Assembly: GCA_964016885.1 (NCBI GenBank)
Contig: OZ024740.1
Location: forward strand, 100,006,001-100,070,000
Reading direction: 5' to 3'
Origin: Eledone cirrhosa
Taxonomy: Eukaryota
DNA: 64,000 bases
Shown: positions 52,033 through 64,000 of the stretch, piece after piece
Layout: every line of letters starts with the position of its first letter
Numbering within the stretch: position 1 is the stretch's first letter
Made by a program: the position numbers and the translations under genes
Notes under the pieces: generated by a model
What the model saw: the letters and a program-made list of their open reading frames with translations, nothing else
What the model was told of the DNA's origin: nothing
Database searches by the model: none

Positions 52033-55000
52033 TGTGTGTGTGTATCCATATATGTCCTCTTTGGACATTTCTATAAAAGAATTTCATTCATTGATCAATT
52101 TATTTACGTCCTTGTAGTTATTTAAAAATCTAATTTCATTGCCATTTCATTTATATAACATTTAACATATCTGCCAAATAGCTGTCATCAAAAGCACACT
52201 TAAAGTTTGAGCCAGCAGTAATTAAATTTACTTGTTCCAAAAGTCACCTTTTCATGAGACGCCAAAGGCAATGTTTCTTGGTTACAATGAAATAGAGCAA
52301 AGTTTAGGAGTTTATTTGGACTCATCAAATATATTGTTAATGAAATTGGTAAATATCAATTCCTAATTGCATAGATGCATGAGAGAATTTCCTTGGAGGG
52401 TTTTAAATAAGGATATTATTGATCAAAGATGATAGGATCAATTTTTACTGATAATCTTTCATGCTGTATGAATAAAATTATTTGAAATCATAGTACAATG
52501 AATATTAATTATCCACGTTTTAACAATCTCTTTTCCATGTTACTTCACTGAGTTAGATATGTAAAGAATGTAGCATATTTTCATGTTTTAATCTGTAAGA
52601 CCCATGTTTTTCCCATTTTGCTTCAATAAGTACTTAAATGTAAGCTACCATGCTTAATGTGAGGAGTGAAATATCGATTGAAATAAAATTAATAAGAAGG
52701 ATATTCATAAGCGTAGTTGAAAATTCTTCTCAAATACAAGGGAAGGAACTCCCTAACATTTCGATTGAACAAAACTTATAATGAAATATGCAGGACATGT
52801 TGAGTGAATCTAAGTTTTGCAAGTATAGTGACAAAACATTTTGTTCATATTAGACATCTTCCTTGAAGCATAGTGTAGTTGATAAAATAATGCACTGATT
52901 AGTTAATTGAAAATAATGATATTGGAAAATTTCCCAATGGTATTGTCTGTATAAAGAATATTTTGTTAGGTATCGACTATTATAAGTAATCTGCTGAACC
53001 AAAGATTACTTTTAGTCATTTTAAATTTAAACTCTAGTTAGAAAAACAGTCATTAGTATTAATGAAAATTACTCTTAACAGCAGAAAAGAGAGAAAACAC
53101 TCAATATTTCAATTGACCAAAAGTTAAAAAAGGATAAGCATTGGAAAATAGGCTGTGATTTTTGGTAGCTATAATGACAAAAGTTATTTTATATTCTTTG
53201 CTACAACATTTATTTTCTACAGTTGACTCACAATACATCATCATTCTTCAACTGATGCTCAATCTCTCTTGTACATAAAGTAGCCATCTCCTCTGAACAT
53301 ATGGAATATGTGTGTGGGGAGGAACACATTTGTCTACGTATGTGTTTTCACTTTGCATCGAGACAGTTTGCTGCTTGATGGTGACATTTGTTTATGACCT
53401 GCATATTCAATATTCTCCTTAGTTACTTACTTAAAAACATGCAATGGTTGGCGTCAGGATAGGAGAGCATCATGCAATAGAATACTCCTTTAAATAAATT
53501 CTCATCCATCCCATGCCAATTTGAAAAAGTGGATGTAAAAACAATGTTGATGTTGTTGCTGTTGCTGCTGTTGCTGCTGTTGCTGCTGTTGCTGCTGCTG
53601 CTGATGATGATGATCAGTAAGGCCATGCAGCTTACTTCTGAAATCAGAGAAAAGCCCTAAAGCTTTAATCGATTCTACTTTTCACTGTATTTATTTAAAG
53701 GACAATAAATTGATATAAATAGAATTAAATAAACACAGCAGAAATACTGATTGAATGCTTCATTTGATTGGCAACCATTATGCCTCAGGTCTGCTCAAAT
53801 GGAATAGACTGCGGCTACTCGACAGCAACAACAACATTATCAACAGCAATGGCTCATTTTAATGAATCTGCAAACATAGTTTCTCATTCAATCGGATCAC
53901 TTTCTGTTGTTCTAATCAAGCCTAAACTGCTGCTAATGCAAATCTCTTAATTCTGTAATAATAACTAATCAGTTGTAGAACTCTAATTGCTAAGTCAATG
54001 AACTTTTATTTGAGAATACTGTTTATATGTTATTTTAGCTAACACACATTGAAATGGTTGAGTGAATACCAGTTGGGTGTTTTGCTAATATCACAAACTA
54101 TATACAGGCCGTAGGTAATAATCTAAATATTTCTTCTAGCCTCATTTTGTCTGACTGCAATCAGGTAGTGTGAAGGAAATAATGTTTGGTCATATGCAAA
54201 CTATTTACTTAATCAACCAGGTAAGAAATTAGCATAAATGACGAATTGGCAGAGGAATTACTAGATTACAGGATGAAATACCTTCCAGTGTTTGTTCTGG
54301 CTATCTGCACATTGAGTTCAAATTCCACCAAGGTCAATTTTGCCTATCCTTCTTTTGAGGTAATAAAATAGAAGGCTAATTCAGTGGGAGAGTTTGGTAG
54401 GATTCTTAGAACATCTGATAGAGTACCTAGTAGTACGTTTTGCATCAGAGTTCAAATCCCACCATGGCCCACTTGGGCATTATACTTAATCTGTTGTCCA
54501 CCTTGCCCTTGAGTCCCTTTAGCCGAACCCCCTTTGCTACAAACAATCAGGTGATATCTCTGGTTTGAGAATACATTCTTTCTCCTTCTCTCCAACCATC
54601 CCTTTCTTTATATATAAAAAAAAAAACAATAATAAAATCTAACTAGAAAATACAAAGTTTTGCATTATATCAGAGGCTTCTCAATTATCATGTTGTTTAT
54701 TTATTAACATATATCAATTAGCAAACTAATTCCTATTAACACAGCACAACAAGAACAGTAATTGATATATATATATGTATATGCTATCATTTGATCTGCT
54801 ATAAGTAGCAGTCAAATTTCCATCTAATCATACTCTGCAATTGAAAAGGGAAATATTAGAAAATATAGTCCTGGATAAACTGTTTGAGAAGTGAAAGACA
54901 GGATGGTTGAAGCCAGAATGCATTTTATCATATGATTAGCAGCTCAGATTGATTAGGGCTGACCTTTGTTTAAACAACAACAATTCATATGAATTTTTTA

Positions 55001-56522
55001 TGAGATTAGACGCAGATATGAGAATGTAGCATGGTTTGTTTCACAACTATGAATCCTGAGTTTGATACAATTTCATGACAACTTAGGTGAGCGTCGTTTG
55101 CCATAGCCTTGTGTGTGATACTCTGGTTTATCTTTTCATTGTTCTTTCAGATGTAGGGAATTATGTCACTTGTACTACATTGTTATTGTGAACGACAGGA
55201 ACTAGCAACACTTATAAATTGTGGTCTCCTTGAATTTGAATAGATAGTTACTTGCGTTAACGTTCTTTATGATGCATAATAATTCATGAGACTTGATAGC
55301 TACATCCATTCTGGTAGCCCTTTAATATATGGACTATATAACCAGGATAACAGTCTTGTGTGTTTGAACTCATTGACATTAATCCATTCCTGACCTACCC
55401 AATAAGACATTTTATTGAGTTAACCCATGTAACAAGGAAAATTGGATAGATGGAAACTGTTTGGAAGTATGTTCGATGGGTTGTACCTATAATTCAAAGG
55501 GTCAGTTTTGTCACAAACTGTGCAATGCTGAATGTTCAGCCATTTTCATGTTAATTTCACAAGCAGGCTGTTCTATTGATTGAACAACTGTTGAAGCCAA
55601 CAGAGGTCCATTCAATTCCATTTCAGTTCCAAACCCAGAAAGATAAGGGGAGTAAGTGATTATGACAGATGTATTCATTGATGTGTTACCCAGTTAGCTA
55701 TTGCTACGACCAGGCCCTATTAAATATGTATTTGAATGTTCACAGGAGAAAATACCTTTTACTTTTCTAATACAAAATGTTCGATGTGTATTGGCAAGCA
55801 CTATCTACTGATTGCAATCATCACCCAGAGAGTTGCTATCTGCATTTAGAAATTGTCTGCAACTAATTAATAACCACTTTTCCCTGCCAAATGCAGAGAT
55901 ATCAAAATTTTATGATTGACAATAAAATATTCAACAAGAAAACAAGATAAATGGATGATAGGCTACAAGCAGATTCGTTAACTAAAATGTTAACAGTGAA
56001 TCTACACATTTGCTCTTCTCTGTATAACATTATTTAATATTTTTGAAATCCCAATATCTGTTTTTACTGAATTCCATTTTCACTTATTTATAGAATAAAG
56101 TGTTTTGCATTTAGCTACATATAATATTATATGTCTTGTTTTCAGCCATTACTTTCAGGTATCATTCACTTATATTCCCCAAGTTAATTTACTCTCATTT
56201 GCTGCCATAAATTAAAGAATATTTTTTTCTGTCTTTGCTGAACTTTATTCATTTATTTATCAATTTGATTTCATTTTTATTTCTTCATTTATTATTATTA
56301 TTTAGATAGAAAGGAAACATTTGTATGATTTTGTACACCAGATTTGCATGCGCCTGAGGAATTTGGATTAAGAATCTAATATGCATATTATCCTATGTCA
56401 AAATTCCTTTAAATGTTACCAAGGGAATGTTGTCTTTTCTTTTGTTATATTTCTTCTCCCTTGTTCATATAGCAGAGAGACAATTGCCAGAAGCAAAAAT
56501 CATCACCTATAAATTCCTGAGT

Positions 56523-56568
<46 letters not shown>

Positions 56569-57239
56569 CAGGAGGTAGGATATGGCCATTGTATATTTGT
56601 GTGAGATAGCTAAAGCTCTAATGTAATTACTGTAAGGTAATGGTATAGGAATAAACATAAAATGCATCAATTCTAATTATTTCAAATCTTTCTTAAGAGA
56701 TTCAGATTTGAAATTTGAGCAAAAGAGCCTAATTAAAAACAGCCAAGCAATTAGTAAATGAGAATATGATACGATATACTGGGAATTATGTAACAATACA
56801 TTTGCACAAACCTGGCTAATTGTATATTTTTTGTCTTGCATGTTGTTTCTATAATTTTATACTCTTATAATTAATTAAGCCATAAAATCAGATGAATAAC
56901 ATCTAAGAGTAAACACAAATTAGAAAACAAAGCCAGTAAAACCAGATTCACATCTCAGAAATTATTCTCTTTCATTTATTATATAATCGAAATTGAATAT
57001 ACTACTACTCCAAATATTTATCCTGTTCTTTGGTTTTTCGTACATCAGTAGTCATTGAAAACCATGATTTTGATTACTTGATCAATTGCCTTTTATATAT
57101 ACCTACATAGCTGTTGAGTCCAATTATGGTATGGTGATATTGACTGCACATAGGATACATGTGTTTTGAAGTACCAGCTAAGTGAGCTTTGTGGAGCTCA
57201 TATTTTGTTTCCACTAACAAAATACATGTCTCATCTTAG

Positions 57240-57672
57240 GTTTTACACCTTTATGAATGAGGGTATGGCATAAGTGCCGGCTCTAAGCAAGTTGCTGAAT
57301 GTGGAGAATGAGTGGAATGTGATGGATCAACCCCAGTAGTTACAACAGAGGGAACTGCTATCGCGGTAACCAAGTTATATGGCTAAAGAAGTGATTAAAG
57401 AAATGATGAAATAGGGAGCAGCTGCCTTATCTGGAGTAGTTGCAGAGATGCTTAAAATATCTGGTAAAATAGCATTTGAGTTAGTCAATCATATAGTCAA
57501 CCAGATAATGTTATAGTGTCATATCCAATAACTTGTGTAGCAGTATAATCATTAATTTTTATATGGGAAAGAAGCAAATATATATGCATTAAACTGATGG
57601 ATCAAGTTACAAAAGTATTAAAAAGAGACATAGCTCAAATAAGAATCAAATTGGATGACGATGTTGATGATG

Positions 57673-57735
<63 letters not shown>
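57240..57735 (+). mobile_element. Old RTE RT fragment ending in a long (GAT)n
   Basis: AAALSGVVAEMLKISG...KLMDQVTKV...IAQIRIKLDD; homologous to ~45540-45900. Confidence 0.7.
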
Positions 57736-58559
57736 GAATGAATGATTTACTAATGAAATAATAATGAAGAATTCTATTATAGTCGCTTGCTTGTAAAAAC
57801 AAATTTACAAACCGACCTTTAATAATGTAAGTTAACATAAAAACATCAATTTCGAATCAACTCAGAGAATTGAATATTATAATATTAATAGAAATATATA
57901 TCTTGCAAATATAATGAAAATACATTGTTTGTGTAACTCAGCAAATTGCATGATAAACATGATGTGTATGTTTAAAAATACAATGCCTTGCTATCCATTG
58001 ATGAGGATATCAAGTAATTCTAATATAGTGAGTGCTTAAAACACAAACTTGTGTCTGGAGAAGTTATATATAACATTAAAGGTTAAAAGTTAAATTCTGA
58101 CTTAATCCTAGAGGCTTATCACGCTAAAACTTATCCTGTTTCATTGCCATTGAGTAACTGAATGTAAAAGAGAGCCCCTTATACAGGACAGTCCACTGCA
58201 GTGTTAATTACAGCAGCTGCTGCTGCGCCTGCTGCTGGTGCTAGTTTTCAACTGAGTTGACTGGAGCAATAAGAAATTAAGTGCCTTCCTTAAGAACACT
58301 ACATGCCACTTGGGCCAGGAGTTGAATGTTCAACCTTATAACATTAGCCCAACCCCCAACCCCCTAACCTCTAAACTATGAGGTTACGGTCTTGAAAATT
58401 ATGTAGGTATGTATTTACCTTAAAATTCATAATCTTCTTATTTTTTCTAAGGTAATTTCAATTTAACCATGGATGAATGTTTGAGATATTTGCTTGATAA
58501 GGTTCTTGGTTTAATCACTTTGCATGGTAAAATGCACATGTGACATTTAGCATAATCCC

Positions 58560-59870
58560 TGGGCTGAGCCAAGATTTACAAGAGAAATTGCGTAAAGGGA
58601 AAATATGTAGAAGACTGACTGTCCACATTCCTGAGATGTGTGCAGCATTGTGTGTTCTTGTTTTCGTAGGAATTGTAGGAGCATAGACTCATCTTGGGGT
58701 TTAACTTGTTGTCTCTATAATGCTTATTTTATTGTGTGTGATGTATGTAATGTGAGATGTGCTATTTTATTGAGCACTAATATTGTGTTGTTTTATTTAA
58801 TTAGGTGCTTACTGTATAGGGTGTATGTTGTCTGTGAAGATTGTTCTATTTGAGCTATTGTATTGAATCAATAATGACTTGTGCAGAATGTGAGTTCTTC
58901 ATAGCAAATCTATTTTGTGGGTATTATGTAGTGTTATGAGCCTTGATATAGCTTTTATATTTTTGTTAATATTTGTTATCACACATCGTGCACTCTTTAT
59001 ACCATCATGCTCCACATCTTGAATATTTCAATTTTACGATCCTTGTATTATTATAGTTTTTTCCACTTCTTTTTGGCAAACATTTTGATCAGAGCAGATT
59101 GCAAATGTATATCAATGAGCATGAACTTTTTTTCCAGTCTTTGATTATTATGTCGTGGTGGTTTGATTGATCTCTTTGTCAGTTTGGGTGAGAATAGTCA
59201 AGATGATTATGATTAGTTCATTGTTATATACAAGCTTTGGTACATGTTTATACCACTTTTGTCTGTTTTCACATCAAAGTGTTAGCAGATTACTCAGTGG
59301 ATATAGCAGCAAACTGAATTATGTCTGTATAGATTCAGAATTTGATGTCGCAACCCATTTCATCAGGGACTTCTTCCACTTCATTTTTAATAGATTAGTA
59401 TTCTCTGGATGTTTCCCACAGCAGGGCTACTTGGAGTGACATACTAATTGCTTTGCCAGTTAGTGTGTAACAAGGTATTCTCACTTTTGTCTTCCTATAT
59501 ACATTCTCGATACACTTTAATTCTCTTCCTTCATCTTTATATTTTAAGTACAAACTTTCATCACTAGATTGCCATGCATTCATTCGTGCCTCAATGACAT
59601 GTACATTTTCATACATATATGTTTATCTAGTGAAGTGTTTGTATATTTTATGCAGCTTATGTGCATAAGTGACCATGTAAAAAAAAAGGGATTTATATTT
59701 GTGGGCATTGTAGGTAATTTCAATACATATTTATTATCATTCTCTAAATGCCTTTATTTATTATCATTCTCTTTATGCCTGCCTGAAATATCTTGAAAGT
59801 GACTTTTGATCTCGAGATCAACAGCAAATATTTTAATAGAATGAAGTTCTAACTTAACACAAGCTATAAA
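58560..59870 (-). mobile_element. Degenerate R4/Dong-like LINE 3' fragment
   Basis: LYLKYKDEGRELKCIENVY and decayed PDIII...LIDI RLE-type motifs. Confidence 0.55.
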
Positions 59871-61109
59871 TATCTATAAATATCTATAATATAAAAATAT
59901 AATTCTTTATTCTTTATCTCGCTTTTTCTTTGACAATCTCCATTTTCATCATTTTTTTAAATTAGCAAATATTTATATTTCACGATGTTATGAAACCAAA
60001 AAAGAAACAAATGAGTAGTGTGAAGAATAAATTTTATATTAGATTTATTGTCTATTCTAAAATGTGTGTGTATCTCAGTTTTTAGATCAGCTAATCTACA
60101 GAGTCATAAAGGATGACATAAAGATGAACATCCAGCTGTAAAACACTGCTTCAAAAACTCTTATCCCATCATTGCCAGTATGGAAAAGCAGATATAAAAA
60201 TAATGACGATGATGATGATTGTTATCTATCAGTGTATGCATCCATATATGTGTACATGTGTGTATTTATATATATATATATATGTGTGTGTATGTATGTG
60301 TGTGTATGTATGTGTGTGTGTGTATGTGTGTGTCTGTATGTATGCATATGTCTTTACATTGACATAACTTAAAACTGGTTCTGTATGTTTATGTCCCATA
60401 ACTTGGTGTCTCCACAAATAAATACCACTTACATAAATGTATGGTTTAAGCAAATACGTTCTAGAGTCGGCAATATAATTGACAAAAGACTTCAAGGCAT
60501 TGCCCAGCAGTGCTGCAGTCCAATGTCTAAAACTAATAAAATAATAAAAGTATTGTTTATATTTTAGGCAGACTTCAATGGCTAAAAATACATGTATAAT
60601 ATGAAATAATCTGCAATGAAAGGAGAAGTATTCTAACACGATATACACAAAGATTCTTCATGGCAACATAGTTTAGCTATATAGGTTTTTTTCTGTATGC
60701 AAGATTTTAACGGCACTAAATACTAGAATGTTTCTGACTATGATGGATGCAATATTTATGTTAAAATTTTGTTAAAAATGGGTGACATATTATTCTATTT
60801 CTTCTCTTGATTACTGTTGTCTTAAATCAGTTCTGATTGAGAAGGCTTATGATCAAAAGCATTGAGGCCCTAACTTCCTGTTTGTTTTCTCAGCATTAGT
60901 GTATATTGAACTAAATTACTCATTGTGTTCATTTAAGAGATTAGGTTTCTATTTGAAGGAGATTTAGCTGTCACATTTAGTAGGTTGGGTGATCATGTAA
61001 TATCATTCTTGTTGACTTTTCATGAGTTTAGTATTCAATTTATTTCTTCCTTTTATACATTCTAGTTTCTCATAAGAGCTGCTTTTCTCAGCACCACCTA
61101 AAAAGTGTG

Positions 61110-61350
61110 TGCATCTCCAAGATGCATTGATTATTTTTCTGTTAATAAAACTGTGTAGGTTTGTTATGAATGTAGTAGGAGGATTAGAATCTATATTAAT
61201 ATATAGTAGCTATTTGATTGACGACTTGCTATCAATATAGTATTTACCTGTATAAATTTTAATGTTATGTCTAAAATTTTGAAAGTATGTAATTTAGTTC
61301 TAATGATGCTTTTCTGGCTTGGAATCTAGAAATGTTTTTGTTATATTCAT
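61110..61350 (-). pseudogene. Penelope-like RT fragment (motif 7/thumb)
   Basis: ILDITL, TGKY and LLYINIDSNPPTTFITNLHSFINRKI resemble FLDITL..YINKDSNHPP.IIKNLP. Confidence 0.7.
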
Positions 61351-61379
61351 TTTAATTACTGTGATAGTTTGCCATGTCC

Positions 61380-61605
61380 CTACAGCTGCAAACCTATACA
61401 ACAGGATCTATTCTTAAACTCTTCTAGAATGTACAAACTCACTCACCACGGCTATCTGTGATTACACCAAGTTGAAAATTATCACAACAGAATAGCAATA
61501 CCATACAGTAATGAAGTGGTCTGATATTATAAAATATCTCAGAAGAAAAATGCAAAATTTATGAATTTTGACATAATAGAGTTTTACCTGTCAATTATAA
61601 ATCCC
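61380..61605 (+). pseudogene. Penelope-like RT fragment (motifs 2-3), inverted relative to 61110-61350
   Basis: KKNAKFMNFDIIEFYLSI resembles the PLE FDIV(D/E)FYPSI motif. Confidence 0.7.
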
Positions 61606-61647
61606 TTCCCCCAGAAGCTTTTGAGTTCTGCAATAAATTCACCACTA

Positions 61648-61920
61648 AATCCTTTTGTGACAATATTTCTAATTAAATACACTGTTTGTGAGTTTCAATT
61701 AATTTTGAAAATAATCAAGACTTTGGAGGGTTTTATCAAAATAACTGACTTTTTCATTATTAGGCCATTGTTTGGAACATAATTTAACAATAGATTCTCA
61801 CATAAAGTTATGATGGAAAGGTTTTAATTTAAATAAGAACACTTTATTGTCAGAGATTTTGTATTATATTATAAAACCAGAGGCGATCTCAGCCAGATTG
61901 GTATCATAACTGGTTATTAA
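61648..61920. mobile_element. MITE, probably piggyBac-like
   Basis: Homologous to 6636-6870 (tcattatta..tgtttggaacataatt); decayed TTAA-type ends. Confidence 0.5.
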
Positions 61921-62221
61921 TGACATTAACATCAATATAATAAATCATGCCAGGAAATGTACTATGATGACTGCTTCAAGGGGAAGAAGTAGGAGAACAG
62001 TGACTGGAAAGTACAAAGGCTTGTTAGATACAAAAGAAAATACATGAGATGATATGGAAATAGGAACAGGACAGCAATTATTCTTAAACCCTTTTGATAT
62101 GAACATGGCCAAAACTCGATCTGGTTTTATGACCCCACAAATATTTTAAAGAGTTCCTATGTTAAAATTTTCCAATATGATCTTATATAAGAATCAGCTA
62201 AGTTACCATCCTAGAAAGGAA

Positions 62222-63440
62222 ACTAACAGAAGTACCTAGTGTTGCCTGTGTTAAATACAATAATGAAATGTCATTCAAAACTTTTTCAATAGTATATTAA
62301 AAACTTCTAATATAGCTGTTACTTGTATGTAACATACCTTATAATTACATTTTGATTTCATACTGTTTCTTTATTCCTTTCATATCTTGTCTGTACTTGG
62401 GTTTTAAAATCACTGATGAAATACAGTTGTAAATATTCTGGTTCTTCTTCTGAAAGTGGCTGAAATGGTCCAATTCTATGGTACATTTTCTCTTGGATCT
62501 TGAAAGTGGGCATAAAGCCACCTTTATAGATGTCATTTGCACCAAAAGATCTCATTTAGAATTCATTATTGTACTTCTTGATATTTTGAAGAAAGTCACT
62601 TCATTCAGTAATTCTACCAGTCAGCATTCCCCTCAAAAGTTATGGTAGTTCAGGTAACTTAATCTTTCTATTCAAACAGCACAATCTAGTTGACTCATCA
62701 TTCCATTTTTTAGCACTACAATTTGGAAAAATGTTGTTCTCTGAGGAAATTTGAATTAAAGTTTCTGAGGCTTAGTGTTCATGTGGATTGTAACTAAAAG
62801 CAGCAAAATCCTACTTGGCAACCTTTTTGAATTTTTAAATCGTAAATCTTCCGTTTTACTCTCTGTTCACATAGCCTTTGAATGGTTTCAGGTTCAGTTT
62901 CTTCATGCTGCCTTTGAGCTGCTCTATTCCTCTCCATTTGCTGTCTTAATGATTTTCGTACATCTGATTCCTATTGACGAATAGGTGCTTTCATTGCCCT
63001 ATATTTAGCAAGCCTTTTTGGTCTTTATTCCTGATTTATCTTTTTTATTCTGTGCACTTCTTATTCTTTGTTGTTAAAGCCTTGGTGGTTTTTGTGCATT
63101 TGATTCATCTTCACTATTTTGTGTTGTAGTTTCACACATTTAATTCCTCTTGACAAACAGTTGCTTTACTTTTCTCATCACCAGCAAGCCTTTTATATTT
63201 TTCTTCTTCTGATTCATTTTGCCTATATTTCTCTGTTGTTTTTCATTGTTTTTGGAGTCTTTTGTGTCACTGCTCTTCACTTTCATTCTCCCTCTGAAGC
63301 TGCTTTATGATACCTTCTTCAAAATGAGGGTTTGTTATTCAGTGGCAATTTTTGCTTGCAGATTCCAATGTAATTATTATTTATCTAAAAGAGTTTTTAT
63401 TTTTCTGTTAATGAGGGATCTAGATCAAGTTAAATCTCAT
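62222..63440 (-). mobile_element. Degenerate Helitron carrying the RepHel N-terminal region
   Basis: CSAKKWNDES..CCLNRKIKLP...FLQNIKKYN..SFGA..GGFMPTFKIQEKMYHRIG..PEYLQLYFI. Decayed 3' end (actaacagaagtacctagtgttgcc) at ~62222. Confidence 0.8.
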
Positions 63441-64000
63441 TGAATGAAGACTCAATGCATTAATTTTCAGTAAGTTCTAGGAAACAGCAGCCAAAAACTA
63501 ATGGAAATGTTTATGCTAAAAGATATGTGTTGCAAATATTATTTTTAGAAGTGTTTCCCTAAACCGAATAAAGAACCCACAATTTAATGAGATGTTGATA
63601 CACACACATCTACATGTGAAGCTTATACGAAAATGTGGCATAAATACACACAGAAAAGATATGAAGAAGATAGTGGTAAGAAATTTCAGGAGAGCTGGAT
63701 AGCAGAAGGTATTCAGAGAAGAAACCTCCCTCAAGCAAGTCTTTTGGCCCTTAGCTTCTTATTCTTTAAAGGAGTTCTGTCACATCCAAGTCATATCTCC
63801 TGGGAACACTTCTGCTTGTATTTCCTTGGTACTTTGGTAAGGAAAGGTTTGAAGTACATCCCAGGAGTAGGAAATCAACAATAAAGAAAGATTTATGTTT
63901 CAGGTACAAATAAAGAAGTATACGCTAATTTTTTAACTTAAATTTATTTTGTATTGGATTTTTCTATAGAAAAGGATTGTGCCTATGGTTTTTTGTCACC

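Overview
AT-rich animal genomic DNA, most likely an octopus/cephalopod (inferred from the SINE families, RTE LINEs and dense TA/CA/CAT microsatellites). I found no convincing host gene, rRNA, intact tRNA or CRISPR array, so the window looks intronic or intergenic and is dominated by mobile DNA. It holds a near-full-length RTE LINE (44160-47375, minus; APE endonuclease, RT with an embedded PHD-type finger, two lesions) and many partner SINEs. It also holds Helitrons, fragments of R4/Dong-like, CRE-like, CR1-like and Penelope-like (PLE) retroelements, hAT and piggyBac fossils, and MITEs. The most striking signal is three separate non-coding fold-back elements (716-2455, 30331-30725, 40010-40520). 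In each, both arms carry a minimal type I hammerhead ribozyme pointing outward; one is a 166-bp palindrome with a single mismatch. Several solo, decayed hammerheads lie elsewhere. A second signal is a covarying H-type pseudoknot module shared by the RTE 5'UTR and the SINEs and amplified into tandem arrays. All folds and translations were done by eye, and many boundaries are approximate.
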